Shown: positions 47,217 through 56,678 of the stretch, piece after piece
Layout of the letters: each line of letters opens with the position of its first letter
How positions within the stretch are numbered: the stretch's first letter is position 1
Assembly: GCA_964634005.1 (NCBI GenBank)
Contig: CAZWKQ010000001.1
Coordinates: 23,788 to 87,787, forward strand
DNA from: an uncultured Bacteroides sp.
GTDB lineage: Bacteria > Bacteroidota > Bacteroidia > Bacteroidales > JACABE01
Length of the DNA stretch: 64,000 nt
Direction: 5' to 3'
Notes under the pieces: generated by a model
What the model saw: the letters and a program-made list of their open reading frames with translations, nothing else
What the model was told of the DNA's origin: nothing
The model's database searches: none
Translations under genes and position numbers: made by a program

Positions 47217-48563
47217 ATGAGAAAAATTGTATTTCTTTTTTTAGTATTAGTTTCTCTTTTTTCAATAAAATCTTACAGTCAGGATAGTGAAAAAGGAAAA
47301 ATTTTTGATAATTGGACGATTAATGCAAGCGGCGGTCTCAGTCTTTTTTGGGGCGATATGAGACAATACAAGTTTTATCCTGTTGATAATTATGAAAATG
47401 AAAGAAACTTTGCATACAGTTTTACACTATCAAAAAAATTATCAAACACATTTGAACTCAGGGGTCAGTTTATTAAAGGAGAAATGTCGGGTACCAAAAG
47501 ATATTTAAAAAGATATTTTAAAGGAGAATTCAATGAATATTATATTGGGGGTACATTAAGTTTTATTAATCTAATTTATGGATACGAGCCGTGCCGCAGA
47601 TTTGATATTTATGGTATTGGCGGTATAGGATTTATTGATTTCAGGTCAGTAAAAAGAGTACTTGGAACTGACGCTTTTGTTTCAAGCACCGGATACTCGA
47701 ACAAAGGAACAGTAGAAGAAAAAATGCAAACAGAAACTATAATTCCTGTCGGCTTGGGAATAAAATATAAAATTGACCAAAGATTTGAATTAAATTTAGA
47801 AAATCTATGGACTATCGCAAATTCCGATCGCTTGGATTTATCCGAAGGAAAATTTAAATACGACATTTTAACCTACAGTTCTCTTGGTTTGACTTATCGT
47901 TTCAACTTCAGAAACAATCCTTCTGCACTTGCTGAATGTGGCGATTTTACTGCTTCAAGAACCAAAAAAGGCACTCTTGGCGAATCTAAAGTATTTGATG
48001 ATGCAGCTTCTAAAGCTGAAAAAGAAGCACTTAACAATAAACTCAAAGAACTTGAAAATAAAGTTAATACTCAAGACAATAAAGTTAAAGAACTTGAAAA
48101 TAAAGTTAAAGAACTTGAAAATCAGAACAAAGCTAAACCAACAGATGTAAATATTGAAGCTTTAAAACGCGATATCTATAAATCAATACTTGATACATTA
48201 CAAAGAACATCTACTGTCAATAAAACCATAATAGGAACTAACTACTTGCAATTGTCAATCTTCTTCGATGTAAACAAATACAATATTAAAGAAGAAGAAA
48301 TGGTAAAAGTTGCTTCAGTTGCCGAAATGATGAAAAACGACAAAAACGTTAATATCAAAATAGTTGGTAATACCGACCAAAGTGGTTCTGTAGAATATAA
48401 CAACTATCTCAGCAAAAAAAGAGCTGAACAAGTTTATAATACCTTGATAAATAAGTATGGTATCGATAAAAACAGACTGTCATTTGAAGGGAAAGGAAAG
48501 AGTGAGCCATTCTCTAAAGATAAATATGAAGTTAACCGCAGGGTTGATTTTATTAAACAATAA
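47217..48563 (+). CDS. OmpA-family protein: N-terminal beta-barrel-like domain, coiled-coil linker, C-terminal OmpA domain
   Basis: Signal peptide, then a beta-strand-rich first 230 aa. A heptad linker (NKLKELENKVNTQDNKVKELENKVKELENQNK) follows. The C-terminus has GNTDQSGSVEYNNYLSKKRAEQV and NRRVDF, the OmpA_C motif. Confidence 0.8.
   Translation: MRKIVFLFLVLVSLFSIKSYSQDSEKGKIFDNWTINASGGLSLFWGDMRQYKFYPVDNYENERNFAYSFTLSKKLSNTFELRGQFIKGEMSGTKRYLKRYFKGEFNEYYIGGTLSFINLIYGYEPCRRFDIYGIGGIGFIDFRSVKRVLGTDAFVSSTGYSNKGTVEEKMQTETIIPVGLGIKYKIDQRFELNLENLWTIANSDRLDLSEGKFKYDILTYSSLGLTYRFNFRNNPSALAECGDFTASRTKKGTLGESKVFDDAASKAEKEALNNKLKELENKVNTQDNKVKELENKVKELENQNKAKPTDVNIEALKRDIYKSILDTLQRTSTVNKTIIGTNYLQLSIFFDVNKYNIKEEEMVKVASVAEMMKNDKNVNIKIVGNTDQSGSVEYNNYLSKKRAEQVYNTLINKYGIDKNRLSFEGKGKSEPFSKDKYEVNRRVDFIKQ
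48045..48122 (+). repeat. In-frame 21-bp tandem repeat encoding KVKELEN heptads
   Basis: AAAGTTAAAGAACTTGAAAAT occurs as two perfect adjacent copies (48081-48101, 48102-48122). A related copy, AAAGAACTTGAAAATAAAGTTA, is at 48045-48066. Confidence 0.85.
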
Positions 48564-48587
48564 GTAATACTTAATTCTATTAAAAAG

Positions 48588-48615
48588 GCCGTCATAAATT
48601 GACGGCTTTTTTTTT
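48588..48615. terminator. Bidirectional rho-independent terminator between convergent genes
   Basis: Stem GCCGTCA / TGACGGC with a 5-nt loop, flanked by A5 on the left and T9 on the right. The T-run overlaps the stop codon of the minus-strand gene. Confidence 0.7.
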
Positions 48616-49021
48616 AAAACTTCATCTTATACCAGAAAGTATTTTCCTTTACCTGTAGTTTTAAAACCTTATTGACCTTTTCGGCTAAATAAATAAATAT
48701 TGGTAATTGCTTTTCCCTGAACCATTTAATTGCTTCTTCGTCACCACGGCTTGCGAGTGAAAATTGCAGTAAAAGCTCATTTTTCGATTTTTTCAACCAT
48801 ATTACAGCATTAGGCTCATTATCCATTGCATTACTTAATATTGCTAATTCCGGATAACCGTTTTTGAGCAACCATTGTATAGCCTCTTCATCTCCTCTTA
48901 TAGCATTTGATAATGCAGCAAGCTCAGGATATCCGTTATTTAAAAGCCATTTAAAAAAATCTTTTCGACCGTCAACTGCTTTGCCGAAAGCAAGTAATAT
49001 TTTTACATCGTAATTTATCAT
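48614..49021 (-). CDS. Hypothetical protein made of about 30-aa internal repeats
   Basis: 135 aa. WLLNNGYPELAALSNAIRGDEEAIQ, WLLKNGYPELAILSNAMDNEPNAVI and a third diverged copy are present. No known family recognised. Confidence 0.45.
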   Translation of the reverse strand: MINYDVKILLAFGKAVDGRKDFFKWLLNNGYPELAALSNAIRGDEEAIQWLLKNGYPELAILSNAMDNEPNAVIWLKKSKNELLLQFSLASRGDEEAIKWFREKQLPIFIYLAEKVNKVLKLQVKENTFWYKMKF

Positions 49022-49058
49022 TTACTTTTTTTATGCAAAATTACATATCAGAATTGCA

Positions 49059-49838
49059 TTAATCGTAAACTAAAGCTTTTATCCCTAAATTTTCTACTTT
49101 TCCGGCTATAATTTGCAATTCCTTTCTTGAGATTTTTTCAATGTTATTTAATGGAGTTTGTCTATTGATAGGATATATCATAACATATTCTGGATTAATT
49201 TCCATTAAATGTTTTAGCCACAGATTAACTTCTGTATCTACTGTATTATCAAAAGAAATCCCGTTATAAATACCCCTTAAAAAAAGCGACTGTATAATGA
49301 TTTTAAAATCAATCATTTTCAAGTTTTCTACCAGATGTTCTATTTTTATATTATTTCCTGTTCCGTTAATGATATGGAATAATTCATTACTTCCGGCATC
49401 AAGTTTAATAATATTATTATCAATTTTTTTAAGAGACTCACTGATTTTTTTATTGCCTAAAGTGCCGCCATTAGTCAATAACGATATTTTCGATTGAGGG
49501 AAAAATTGGTTTCTTAACTTGTAAATTTCATCTACAACTGTTTCAAAGTCAGGATATAAGGTCGGTTCTCCATTTCCTGCAAAAGTAATTGAATCTATTA
49601 TTTTATTTTCATTTTTAAGTCTTAAGAAATTTTGATTCAAACTATTTATTACTGTTTCTAAATCAGGAAATTTAGATGTGTTTTTATCTAAATCAGGGGT
49701 CCATCCGCATTCGCAGTAAACACAATTAAAATTGCAAATCTTACTGTTTGTTGGCAATAAATTAATACCCAACGAATTACCAAGCCTTCTGCTGTAAATT
49801 GGTCCGAAAACAATATTATCGAATAAAATACCGGTCAT
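49059..49838 (-). CDS. Radical SAM protein, function unknown
   Basis: 259 aa. GPIYSRRLGNSLGINLLP leader, then CX3CX2C (CNFNCVYCECGW) and GNGEPTL motifs. Confidence 0.75.
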   Translation of the reverse strand: MTGILFDNIVFGPIYSRRLGNSLGINLLPTNSKICNFNCVYCECGWTPDLDKNTSKFPDLETVINSLNQNFLRLKNENKIIDSITFAGNGEPTLYPDFETVVDEIYKLRNQFFPQSKISLLTNGGTLGNKKISESLKKIDNNIIKLDAGSNELFHIINGTGNNIKIEHLVENLKMIDFKIIIQSLFLRGIYNGISFDNTVDTEVNLWLKHLMEINPEYVMIYPINRQTPLNNIEKISRKELQIIAGKVENLGIKALVYD

Positions 49839-49939
49839 TTTTAGTCTAAATGTGTTTTTTAGTTTAAATTGCTTTCAAAATTATGAAAAAAGCAGATTAA
49901 TTTAGATAAAAAAACTTAATTTTGGAACAAAGAAATTTT

Positions 49940-50914
49940 ATGTCCGAATTAGAAGCGGTAAAAAGTGTAATTGGCAGAGAGATTGAAGTTTTTGAAAATA
50001 AATTCAAAACCTCAATGGAGAGTCGTGTTCCTCTCTTAGATATAATAACACGCTATATTATAAAAAGAAAAGGGAAGCAAATGAGACCTATGTTTGTATT
50101 CCTCTCTGCAAAAATCTTTGGTGAAATCAACGAAACTACTTATAGAGCAGCGTCATTGATTGAATTATTACATACTGCAACGCTTGTACACGACGATGTG
50201 GTTGATGATTCGAACGAAAGAAGAGGCTTTTTTTCGATTAATGCTTTATGGAAAAATAAAATAGCAGTTTTAGTCGGTGATTATTTGCTTTCGAAAGGTC
50301 TTTTATTAGCTTTAAACAATGAAGAATACACTCTTTTAAAAATTGTTTCAGATGCAGTAAAAGAAATGAGCGAAGGAGAGCTTTTACAAATAGAAAAAGC
50401 CAGAAAATTAGATATTAAAGAAGATATCTATTACGAGATAATAAGGAAAAAAACAGCTTCGCTAATAGCATCATGCTGTGCATGCGGAACTGCATCGATA
50501 ACCGACAATAAAGAGATTATCAAAAAAATGCACGATTTTGGAACTTTTATCGGTATAGCTTTTCAAATAAAAGACGATTTGTTTGACTATGAAAAAAGTC
50601 GTGAAACCGGAAAACCAAACGGAATAGACATTAAAGAACAGAAAATGACTTTACCATTAATTTATATGCTAAACAACTGCAGTTATTCCGAAAAAAAATC
50701 GGCAATAAACATTGTAAAAAACTATTATAACAGACCCGACAAAGTTTCAGAACTGATAAATAAGGTCAATAATAGCGGAGGAATAGAATATTCGGTAAAC
50801 AAAATGAATGAATACAAAACCAAAGCACTCGAGATTCTGTATTCTTTACCCGAAAATGAAGCAAGAAAAGCGATGGAAATACTTGTAAATTATACAATAG
50901 ACAGAAAAAAATAA
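49940..50914 (+). CDS. Polyprenyl diphosphate synthase (trans-IPPS, IspB-like)
   Basis: First DDxxD motif LLHTATLVHDDVVDD and second FQIKDDLFDY. ATG at 49940 is preferred over TTG at 49922. Chain length is not predictable by eye. Confidence 0.9.
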   Translation: MSELEAVKSVIGREIEVFENKFKTSMESRVPLLDIITRYIIKRKGKQMRPMFVFLSAKIFGEINETTYRAASLIELLHTATLVHDDVVDDSNERRGFFSINALWKNKIAVLVGDYLLSKGLLLALNNEEYTLLKIVSDAVKEMSEGELLQIEKARKLDIKEDIYYEIIRKKTASLIASCCACGTASITDNKEIIKKMHDFGTFIGIAFQIKDDLFDYEKSRETGKPNGIDIKEQKMTLPLIYMLNNCSYSEKKSAINIVKNYYNRPDKVSELINKVNNSGGIEYSVNKMNEYKTKALEILYSLPENEARKAMEILVNYTIDRKK

Positions 50915-50938
50915 TTGAAAATATAATAACAAACCATT

Positions 50939-52273
50939 ATGCTAAAATATTCATTTACAATAATTATTTTATTAATCATTCAAATCCGGACTTTTTCTCA
51001 AAAAATTACGACTGATTATTGGGATAACGGAAAAAAAGTCAGAGAAGGTATTTTAATTGACACAATAAGAGACGGTAAATGGACATGGTGGTATAAAAGC
51101 GGAAATTTATGGAAGGAAGGGAATTATAATAAGGGAGTTAAAATTGGGAAATGGGTTACTTATTATGATGATGGTAATATTCAAAGCCAGGAGTTTATGG
51201 AAAATGGAACCAATATTTTCTGGTATCCCAACAAAATGAAGAAAAGCGAGGTAAATGTCGTAAATGGGAAATATGAGGGCAAATTTACATCATGGTATGA
51301 TAATGGAAATATTGATGAAGAAATTGAATATAAAAAAGGGATAAAAGAAGGTAGAACCACTAAGTATCATAAAAACGGAAACAAAAGTTTCGAAGGTATT
51401 TATGTAAACGATAAACTAAATTGTTACGGAATTTGGTGGTATGATAACGGAAATAAAGAAATGGAAGGAAAACTAATTGATGATGAACAGGATAGTATTT
51501 GGATTTTTTATTATAACAACGGAAAAACAGGAAGCAAAGGAAACTTTATTAAAGGCAAGCAAGACGGGAAATGGGTATATTTTTACGAAACAGGTGAGAA
51601 ATGGAAAGAAGGAGCATTTGTTGACGGTAAGAAATCGGGGAAATGGATAACATATTTCGAAAGCGGTAAAAAATTTAAAGAAGGCAATTTTGTTGATGGT
51701 AAAGAAGAGGGTGAATGGAGACAATATTTTGAGAACGGAAATTTAGAAAAACTTTTTAATTTCAAATCGGGTAAAATGAACGGGAAATGTGAAGCATGGT
51801 ATAAAAATCTGAACAAAAAGTACGAAGTTTATTATACCAACGACAATAAAGACGGATCGGAAAAAAATTGGTACGAAAACGGAAATAAAAAAAGTGTTGG
51901 CAGCTATAAAAACGGAAAAATGGAAGGCGAATGGACAGAATGGAGCGAAAAGGGAGTATTGCTTTCCAAAGGGAAATATAAGCAAAATAACAAAACCGGA
52001 ATGTGGGTATTTTATGACCAATACGGAATTAAATATAAAGAGCAGAATTTTGTCGATGGCAGAACAGACGGCAAATGGACAGAGTATTACCAAAACGGGA
52101 AAAAATCGGGCGAAGGGTCGTATAAAATGCAACTAAAAGACGGCATTTGGCAATATTGGGATAAACAAGGAAGGCTCATTTATAAAGTAGTTTACGACAA
52201 AGGAAGGAAAATAAAGGAAGACAAATTTTTAGAAAAAAAGCAGCAATCAGATAATCCATTATTTAGAAATTAA
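50939..52273 (+). CDS. MORN-repeat-variant protein (YwqK-like repeats) with signal peptide
   Basis: 444 aa built of more than 15 copies of a roughly 23-aa unit, G.W..(W/Y)Y.NG....EG.Y..G... Confidence 0.7.
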   Translation: MLKYSFTIIILLIIQIRTFSQKITTDYWDNGKKVREGILIDTIRDGKWTWWYKSGNLWKEGNYNKGVKIGKWVTYYDDGNIQSQEFMENGTNIFWYPNKMKKSEVNVVNGKYEGKFTSWYDNGNIDEEIEYKKGIKEGRTTKYHKNGNKSFEGIYVNDKLNCYGIWWYDNGNKEMEGKLIDDEQDSIWIFYYNNGKTGSKGNFIKGKQDGKWVYFYETGEKWKEGAFVDGKKSGKWITYFESGKKFKEGNFVDGKEEGEWRQYFENGNLEKLFNFKSGKMNGKCEAWYKNLNKKYEVYYTNDNKDGSEKNWYENGNKKSVGSYKNGKMEGEWTEWSEKGVLLSKGKYKQNNKTGMWVFYDQYGIKYKEQNFVDGRTDGKWTEYYQNGKKSGEGSYKMQLKDGIWQYWDKQGRLIYKVVYDKGRKIKEDKFLEKKQQSDNPLFRN

Positions 52274-52298
52274 TATTTTAAATTGAAATTTTAACAAT

Positions 52299-53534
52299 AT
52301 GAAATCGAAACACAAATTATTTAAAGGTAAAACACTTGCAATTTTATCCGGTGGCGGCGATACTCCCGCAATAAACTCAAGTATTGAATCAATAAGGAAT
52401 AGAGCATCAATGCTTGGATTTAAGGTTTATGGCATAAAGCAAGGTTGGAAAGGACTTTTAGGCGATGGCGATATAGTTGATTTAACTAATCAGCCTTATG
52501 ATGGTTGGTACGGTGGAACTGCTTTACGTTCAAGCAGAACAAACCCCTTCCCTTCCAAAAAGAATCCTGAAAACAGAGTGCCTCAGATTTTAAAAAATTT
52601 AAAACGTTACAAAATAGATGTATTAGTTACTATTGGAGGTGATGACACTAATGGTGCCGCAAAACGTTTATACGAAACAGAAGGCATTCCGGTAATAGGC
52701 TTCCCTAAAACTATTGACAACGACCTTAGAACCAGAACTATACATCAGTTTGGCAGAAAAAAAATCGAAGCTGTTCTATGCCCGGGCTTTCCTTCTGCTG
52801 CTAAAGCAATTGCTGAATTTACCGGAAAACTTAAAACTACGGCAGAATCTCACTCCAGAATTATTGTTCTTGAAGTTATGGGTAGAGATGCAGGATGGCT
52901 TACAGGTAGTGCAATTTTCGGTGGCGCCGACCTTGGACTAATTCCTGAAGTTGAAATGACCAAAGAAAGAAAAGATTTCTTTTTTGAACTTGTTAAAGAA
53001 ACTTATCTCAGACATCCTAAAAAAATGCTTATAATTCCTGTTTCTGAAGGTGTTAGATGGTATGATGAAAAAAGCGGCAAATTAGATGTAGTTTATGCAA
53101 GTTCAGAAGTTGATGAATACGGACATCCACGTTTTGGCGGAGTTAGCGGTGTTATTGCATCCGAAATTTCTCAAAAACTTGGTATCGACGCACGTGCACA
53201 AATTACAGGTTATTATGCCAGAGCCGGTGCTTGCAGCAATTACGACAGAAGACTAACTACTACTTTAGCAGATAAAATTGTTGACCTCCTGTTAAGAGAA
53301 GAATACGGTCAAATGCCTGTTATGAATAAAATTGTTAACTATCAAGAATTAGAAGAATTTAATACTACATCTATTGATATGGGAGCCATAGGTAATAAAC
53401 CTCTTTCTATGGAATATTTCGACGTTAATAATTTTAGATTCTCCGAAGCTTATAAGCACTTTTTAAATCATATTCTCGAGCGTCCGCATTTTACCGACTT
53501 CAATTACGATTTCCCGGTAGTAATACCCGAATAA
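52299..53534 (+). CDS. 6-Phosphofructokinase, probably pyrophosphate-dependent
   Basis: PFK family motifs SGGGDTPAIN, GGDDTNGAA, PKTIDNDL and MGRDAGW. The GGDD and PKT variants are discussed in the findings. Confidence 0.85.
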   Translation: MKSKHKLFKGKTLAILSGGGDTPAINSSIESIRNRASMLGFKVYGIKQGWKGLLGDGDIVDLTNQPYDGWYGGTALRSSRTNPFPSKKNPENRVPQILKNLKRYKIDVLVTIGGDDTNGAAKRLYETEGIPVIGFPKTIDNDLRTRTIHQFGRKKIEAVLCPGFPSAAKAIAEFTGKLKTTAESHSRIIVLEVMGRDAGWLTGSAIFGGADLGLIPEVEMTKERKDFFFELVKETYLRHPKKMLIIPVSEGVRWYDEKSGKLDVVYASSEVDEYGHPRFGGVSGVIASEISQKLGIDARAQITGYYARAGACSNYDRRLTTTLADKIVDLLLREEYGQMPVMNKIVNYQELEEFNTTSIDMGAIGNKPLSMEYFDVNNFRFSEAYKHFLNHILERPHFTDFNYDFPVVIPE

Positions 53535-53541
53535 AATATAA

Positions 53542-53565
53542 ACAGCCCGCTTATTTGCGGGCTGT
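53542..53565 (+). terminator. Hairpin after the PFK gene, overlapping the dxs 3' end
   Basis: 9-bp stem ACAGCCCGC / GCGGGCTGT with a 6-nt loop, followed by TTTCAA. The right arm encodes the last dxs codons on the other strand. Confidence 0.45.
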
Positions 53566-55443
53566 TTCAATTATAGAATCAACATCAAAACCACATTCTT
53601 TCTGTAATTCCTCAATACTTCCCTGTTCGATAAATCTATCAGGAACGCCCATTCTGACAATTGTATTATGATAATTATTATCAACCGCAAACTCCATAAC
53701 AGCACTGCCCAATCCACCGGTTATAACTCCATCTTCAATTGTGATTATTTTTTGATAATTTTTAAAAATATGATGTAATAATTCATTATCAATCGGTTTT
53801 AAAAATCTCATATTAAAAATACCTGCATCTATGCCTTCTTTTTCAAGTATTTTTGATGCTTTAATTGCATTATTACCAATATGACCAATTGTTATGAAAG
53901 CTAAATCTTTCCCTTCTTTAATTATTTGACCTTTCCCGATTTGAATTTTTTCAAAATCAGTTTTCCATTCGGGCATAACACCTCTTCCTCTTGGATATCT
54001 TATTACAAAAGCTCCGAAGTTTTCCGATTGAGCCGTAAACATCAAATCTCTTAATTCTTTTTCGTTAAGAGGAGCTGAAATAATAATATTTGGAATACAA
54101 CGGAAATAAGCTAAATCGAAAACTCCATGATGTGTGGCACCGTCTTCACCCACTAATCCTCCTCTATCGAGGCAAAAAATCACATTTAATTTCTGAAGTG
54201 CCACATCGTGTATTACTTGATCGTAGGCTCTTTGCATAAATGACGAGTAAATATTACAAAACGGAATCAATCCATTAACTGCCATTCCTGCCGAAAAAGT
54301 TACTGCATGCTGTTCGGCAATACCAACATCAAAAACTCTGTCAGGCATTTTTTCCATCATTAAATTTAAAGAGCATCCGGTAGGCATAGCAGGTGTAACG
54401 CCTATGATTTTGGGATTTTTTTGAGCTAATTCAATTATCGTCCTTCCGAAAACTGTTTGATATTTTGGGGCAAGCTTTTCATCACATGTCTTTTTTATTA
54501 TTTCTCCTGTTTTACTGTCGAAAGTACCGGGAGCATGATATTCTGTCGGGTTCATTTCAGCCTTTTCAAGTCCTTTACCTTTTACAGTAATAACGTGTAA
54601 TAATTTGGGACCTTGGATATCTTTCAAATCATTGAGCAGTTTTGTTAGTTTTACAACATCGTGTCCATCAATCGGCCCAAAATATCTGAAGTTTAGTGAT
54701 TCGAAAAAATTACTTTTTGTAAACAAAGTAGTTTTAACAGCTCTTCCTAATTGACGAACCAATGCGCGTGAATTTTTGCCGTAAGGACTTCCACCACCCA
54801 TCAACCACCAAATAAAGTCCTTGAACTTGTTGTATTTTTTTGATGTAGTAATTTTCAATAAATATTCCTTCAAAGCACCCACATTTTTGTCAATGGCAAT
54901 GCCGTTGTCGTTTAATATTACCAAAAGGTTGCTTTTGGCAACACCTGCATGATTTAATGCTTCAAAAGCCATACCTGCAGTTAGGGAGCCATCTCCAATA
55001 ACGGCAATATGCTGTCTGTCTTTCTCGTTTTTCATTGCAGAAGCAACGGCCATTCCCAAGGCAGCCGATATTGAAGTAGATGAATGCCCTACTCCAAAAG
55101 CATCATATTCGCTTTCGGACATCTTAGGGAAACCGCTGATTCCTTTGTAAGTTCTATTGGTATGAAATACGTCTTTTCTGCCGGTTAATATTTTATGAGG
55201 ATATGCCTGATGTCCAACATCCCAGATAAGCTTGTCGTAGGGAGTATTGAAAACATAATGTAATGCAACAGCCAACTCAACAGTACCTAAGCTCGAGGCA
55301 AGATGCCCCGGATTTTTTGCTATAACATCAATTATGTATTTTCTTAATTCGTCACACAATTTGGGCAAATCTTCCTCAGAAATCTTCTTTAAATCTGAAG
55401 GATATTTAATTTTTTTTAGTATTTCTCCCTGTTCAATATTCAT
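53551..55443 (-). CDS. dxs: 1-Deoxy-D-xylulose-5-phosphate synthase
   Basis: 630 aa with GHSSTSISAALGMA, the ThDP motif GDGSLTAGMAFEALN and the transketolase-like C-terminal domains. Confidence 0.95.
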   Translation of the reverse strand: MNIEQGEILKKIKYPSDLKKISEEDLPKLCDELRKYIIDVIAKNPGHLASSLGTVELAVALHYVFNTPYDKLIWDVGHQAYPHKILTGRKDVFHTNRTYKGISGFPKMSESEYDAFGVGHSSTSISAALGMAVASAMKNEKDRQHIAVIGDGSLTAGMAFEALNHAGVAKSNLLVILNDNGIAIDKNVGALKEYLLKITTSKKYNKFKDFIWWLMGGGSPYGKNSRALVRQLGRAVKTTLFTKSNFFESLNFRYFGPIDGHDVVKLTKLLNDLKDIQGPKLLHVITVKGKGLEKAEMNPTEYHAPGTFDSKTGEIIKKTCDEKLAPKYQTVFGRTIIELAQKNPKIIGVTPAMPTGCSLNLMMEKMPDRVFDVGIAEQHAVTFSAGMAVNGLIPFCNIYSSFMQRAYDQVIHDVALQKLNVIFCLDRGGLVGEDGATHHGVFDLAYFRCIPNIIISAPLNEKELRDLMFTAQSENFGAFVIRYPRGRGVMPEWKTDFEKIQIGKGQIIKEGKDLAFITIGHIGNNAIKASKILEKEGIDAGIFNMRFLKPIDNELLHHIFKNYQKIITIEDGVITGGLGSAVMEFAVDNNYHNTIVRMGVPDRFIEQGSIEELQKECGFDVDSIIETARK

Positions 55444-55524
55444 TTTTCAAAATCTGTAATATCTTTATCTAAACAGTTTTGGACACATTGTTGTTTTTAC
55501 GAAAGTAGAAAAAAGCAAAGAAAA

Positions 55525-55550
55525 AGGTTGAGACGAAATTTTCTCAACCT
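55525..55550 (-). terminator. Rho-independent terminator after gap
   Basis: Stem AGGTTGAGA / TCTCAACCT with an 8-nt loop. On the minus strand it is followed by TTTTT, 23 bp after the gap stop. Confidence 0.7.
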
Positions 55551-55572
55551 TATTATTAAATTTATAAAAATA

Positions 55573-56610
<1,038 letters not shown>

Positions 56611-56678
56611 TTATTTTTCTACAAAATTACAAATTTTATCATAACCTGTAATTTGGTATATTAATTTTTAGTTCAACT

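Noticed and set aside
48045-48122. Tandem 21-bp repeats considered as a CRISPR-like or intergenic VNTR element
   Set aside because: The repeats are in frame inside the OmpA-family CDS and encode heptads. There are no spacers and no cas genes. They are reported only as a coding repeat.
51473-52136. Cluster of 77-129-aa ORFs on both strands within the MORN-repeat gene
   Set aside because: They arise from the periodic DNA repeat of the MORN gene. All overlap it, and their products are repetitive F/P/S-rich strings without starts supported by context.
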